This document shows, one piece after another, positions 49,268 through 49,804 of a DNA stretch of 49,804 bases. Source of the DNA: Dehalococcoidia bacterium. GTDB lineage: Bacteria; Chloroflexota; Dehalococcoidia; GIF9; AB-539-J10. The notes below the pieces were generated by a model, which saw only the letters and a list, made by a program, of their open reading frames with translations, had not been told where the DNA came from and ran no database searches. The stretch is taken from the NCBI GenBank assembly GCA_014859205.1, contig JACUUR010000003.1:1-49804 (forward strand). Direction: 5' to 3'. The position numbers were made by a program, and so were the translations under genes. Within the stretch, counting starts at the first letter, position 1, and each line of letters opens with the position of its first letter.

Positions 49268-49753
49268 ATGAGCGGTACGTTAGTCCTGGGCATCGGCAAT
49301 CGACTGGGCGGCGATGACGCCGCCGGGCCCTATCTAGTGGACAGGCTAAACCGGAGGCGGCAGAGGGCCAGACGGCCGGGCTCAGCTGAAATAGCTGCTA
49401 TAGACGCCGGCACTTCTCCCGAGAGCTATACCTCCCTGATCCGCCGGCACCAGCCCGATCTGCTGATACTGGTGGACGCCGCAGATATGGGACTGCCGCC
49501 GGGTTCTCTGCGCAGAATAAGGCCGGACGCTATCTCGATTGCATCCTTCTCCACACACCGTATGCCTCTGTCCGTGCTCATATCCTATACCAAGGAGCTC
49601 TGCCCGGAAGTGGTGCTCATCGGAGTGCAGCCTGAACAGACGAACGTAGGCACAGGCATGTCGGAGACGGTACACGAGAACGTGAGAGCACTGGCAGAGG
49701 CCATCCTCAAAGGGCGCACAGATGAGATCCCGTTGCTGGAACGGGGGACCTAG
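49268..49753 (+). CDS. hydrogenase maturation endopeptidase (HycI-like)
   Basis: VLGIGNRLGGDDAAG, IDAGTSPE, LVDAADMG, STHRMPL, IGVQP; alternative GTG start at 49247. Confidence 0.9.
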   Translation: MSGTLVLGIGNRLGGDDAAGPYLVDRLNRRRQRARRPGSAEIAAIDAGTSPESYTSLIRRHQPDLLILVDAADMGLPPGSLRRIRPDAISIASFSTHRMPLSVLISYTKELCPEVVLIGVQPEQTNVGTGMSETVHENVRALAEAILKGRTDEIPLLERGT

Positions 49754-49804
49754 CTCTGATCAGCAGTATCTACTGAAGCCTGCACGCCGGGCTTCTTTCT
49801 CTTC

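Noticed and set aside
49775-49804. Hairpin plus T-rich tract after the hydrogenase protease as a terminator
   Set aside because: Ambiguous: the same bases read as an open minus-strand frame (...RKKPGVQASVDTADQS-stop) that may be the end of a convergent gene beyond the window.

Overview
About 50 kb of a high-GC anaerobic bacterial chromosome. Gene content and protein style suggest Chloroflexota/Dehalococcoidia (inference). Most of the window is housekeeping: partial tRNA-Ala(CGC), gatB, secG, tsaA/trmO, coaE, ispF, ispD, radA, clpC, rsmD, coaD, ferredoxin, proC, leuS, gltX, uvrB, pepA, rnc, pcrA/uvrD, mutL, MoxR/DUF58/transglutaminase and a hydrogenase protease. An accessory block at ~3.7-14.2 kb is the interesting part. 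(i) An ArsR-controlled arsenic-resistance-type operon (arsR, arsP-like permease, small thioredoxin, two small Cys proteins, DGC protein, acr3) lacks arsC and arsM but contains a corrinoid-binding MtrA-like protein fused to an Fe-S domain. (ii) Four tandem paralogous exported Ig/PKD-like proteins have Cys-rich C-terminal tails. Three of them stop at a UGA followed, exactly 11 nt downstream, by a hairpin with GGT at +19 to +21, which is bacterial SECIS geometry; the fourth looks like the all-Cys version. They are followed by a CxxC-thioredoxin/DsbD-like membrane protein and a convergent TauE/SafE transporter. The best candidate for an undescribed system is this family of surface selenoproteins with C-terminal Sec and a possible dedicated membrane reductase. 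No CRISPR array, rRNA, transposase or integrase was seen.
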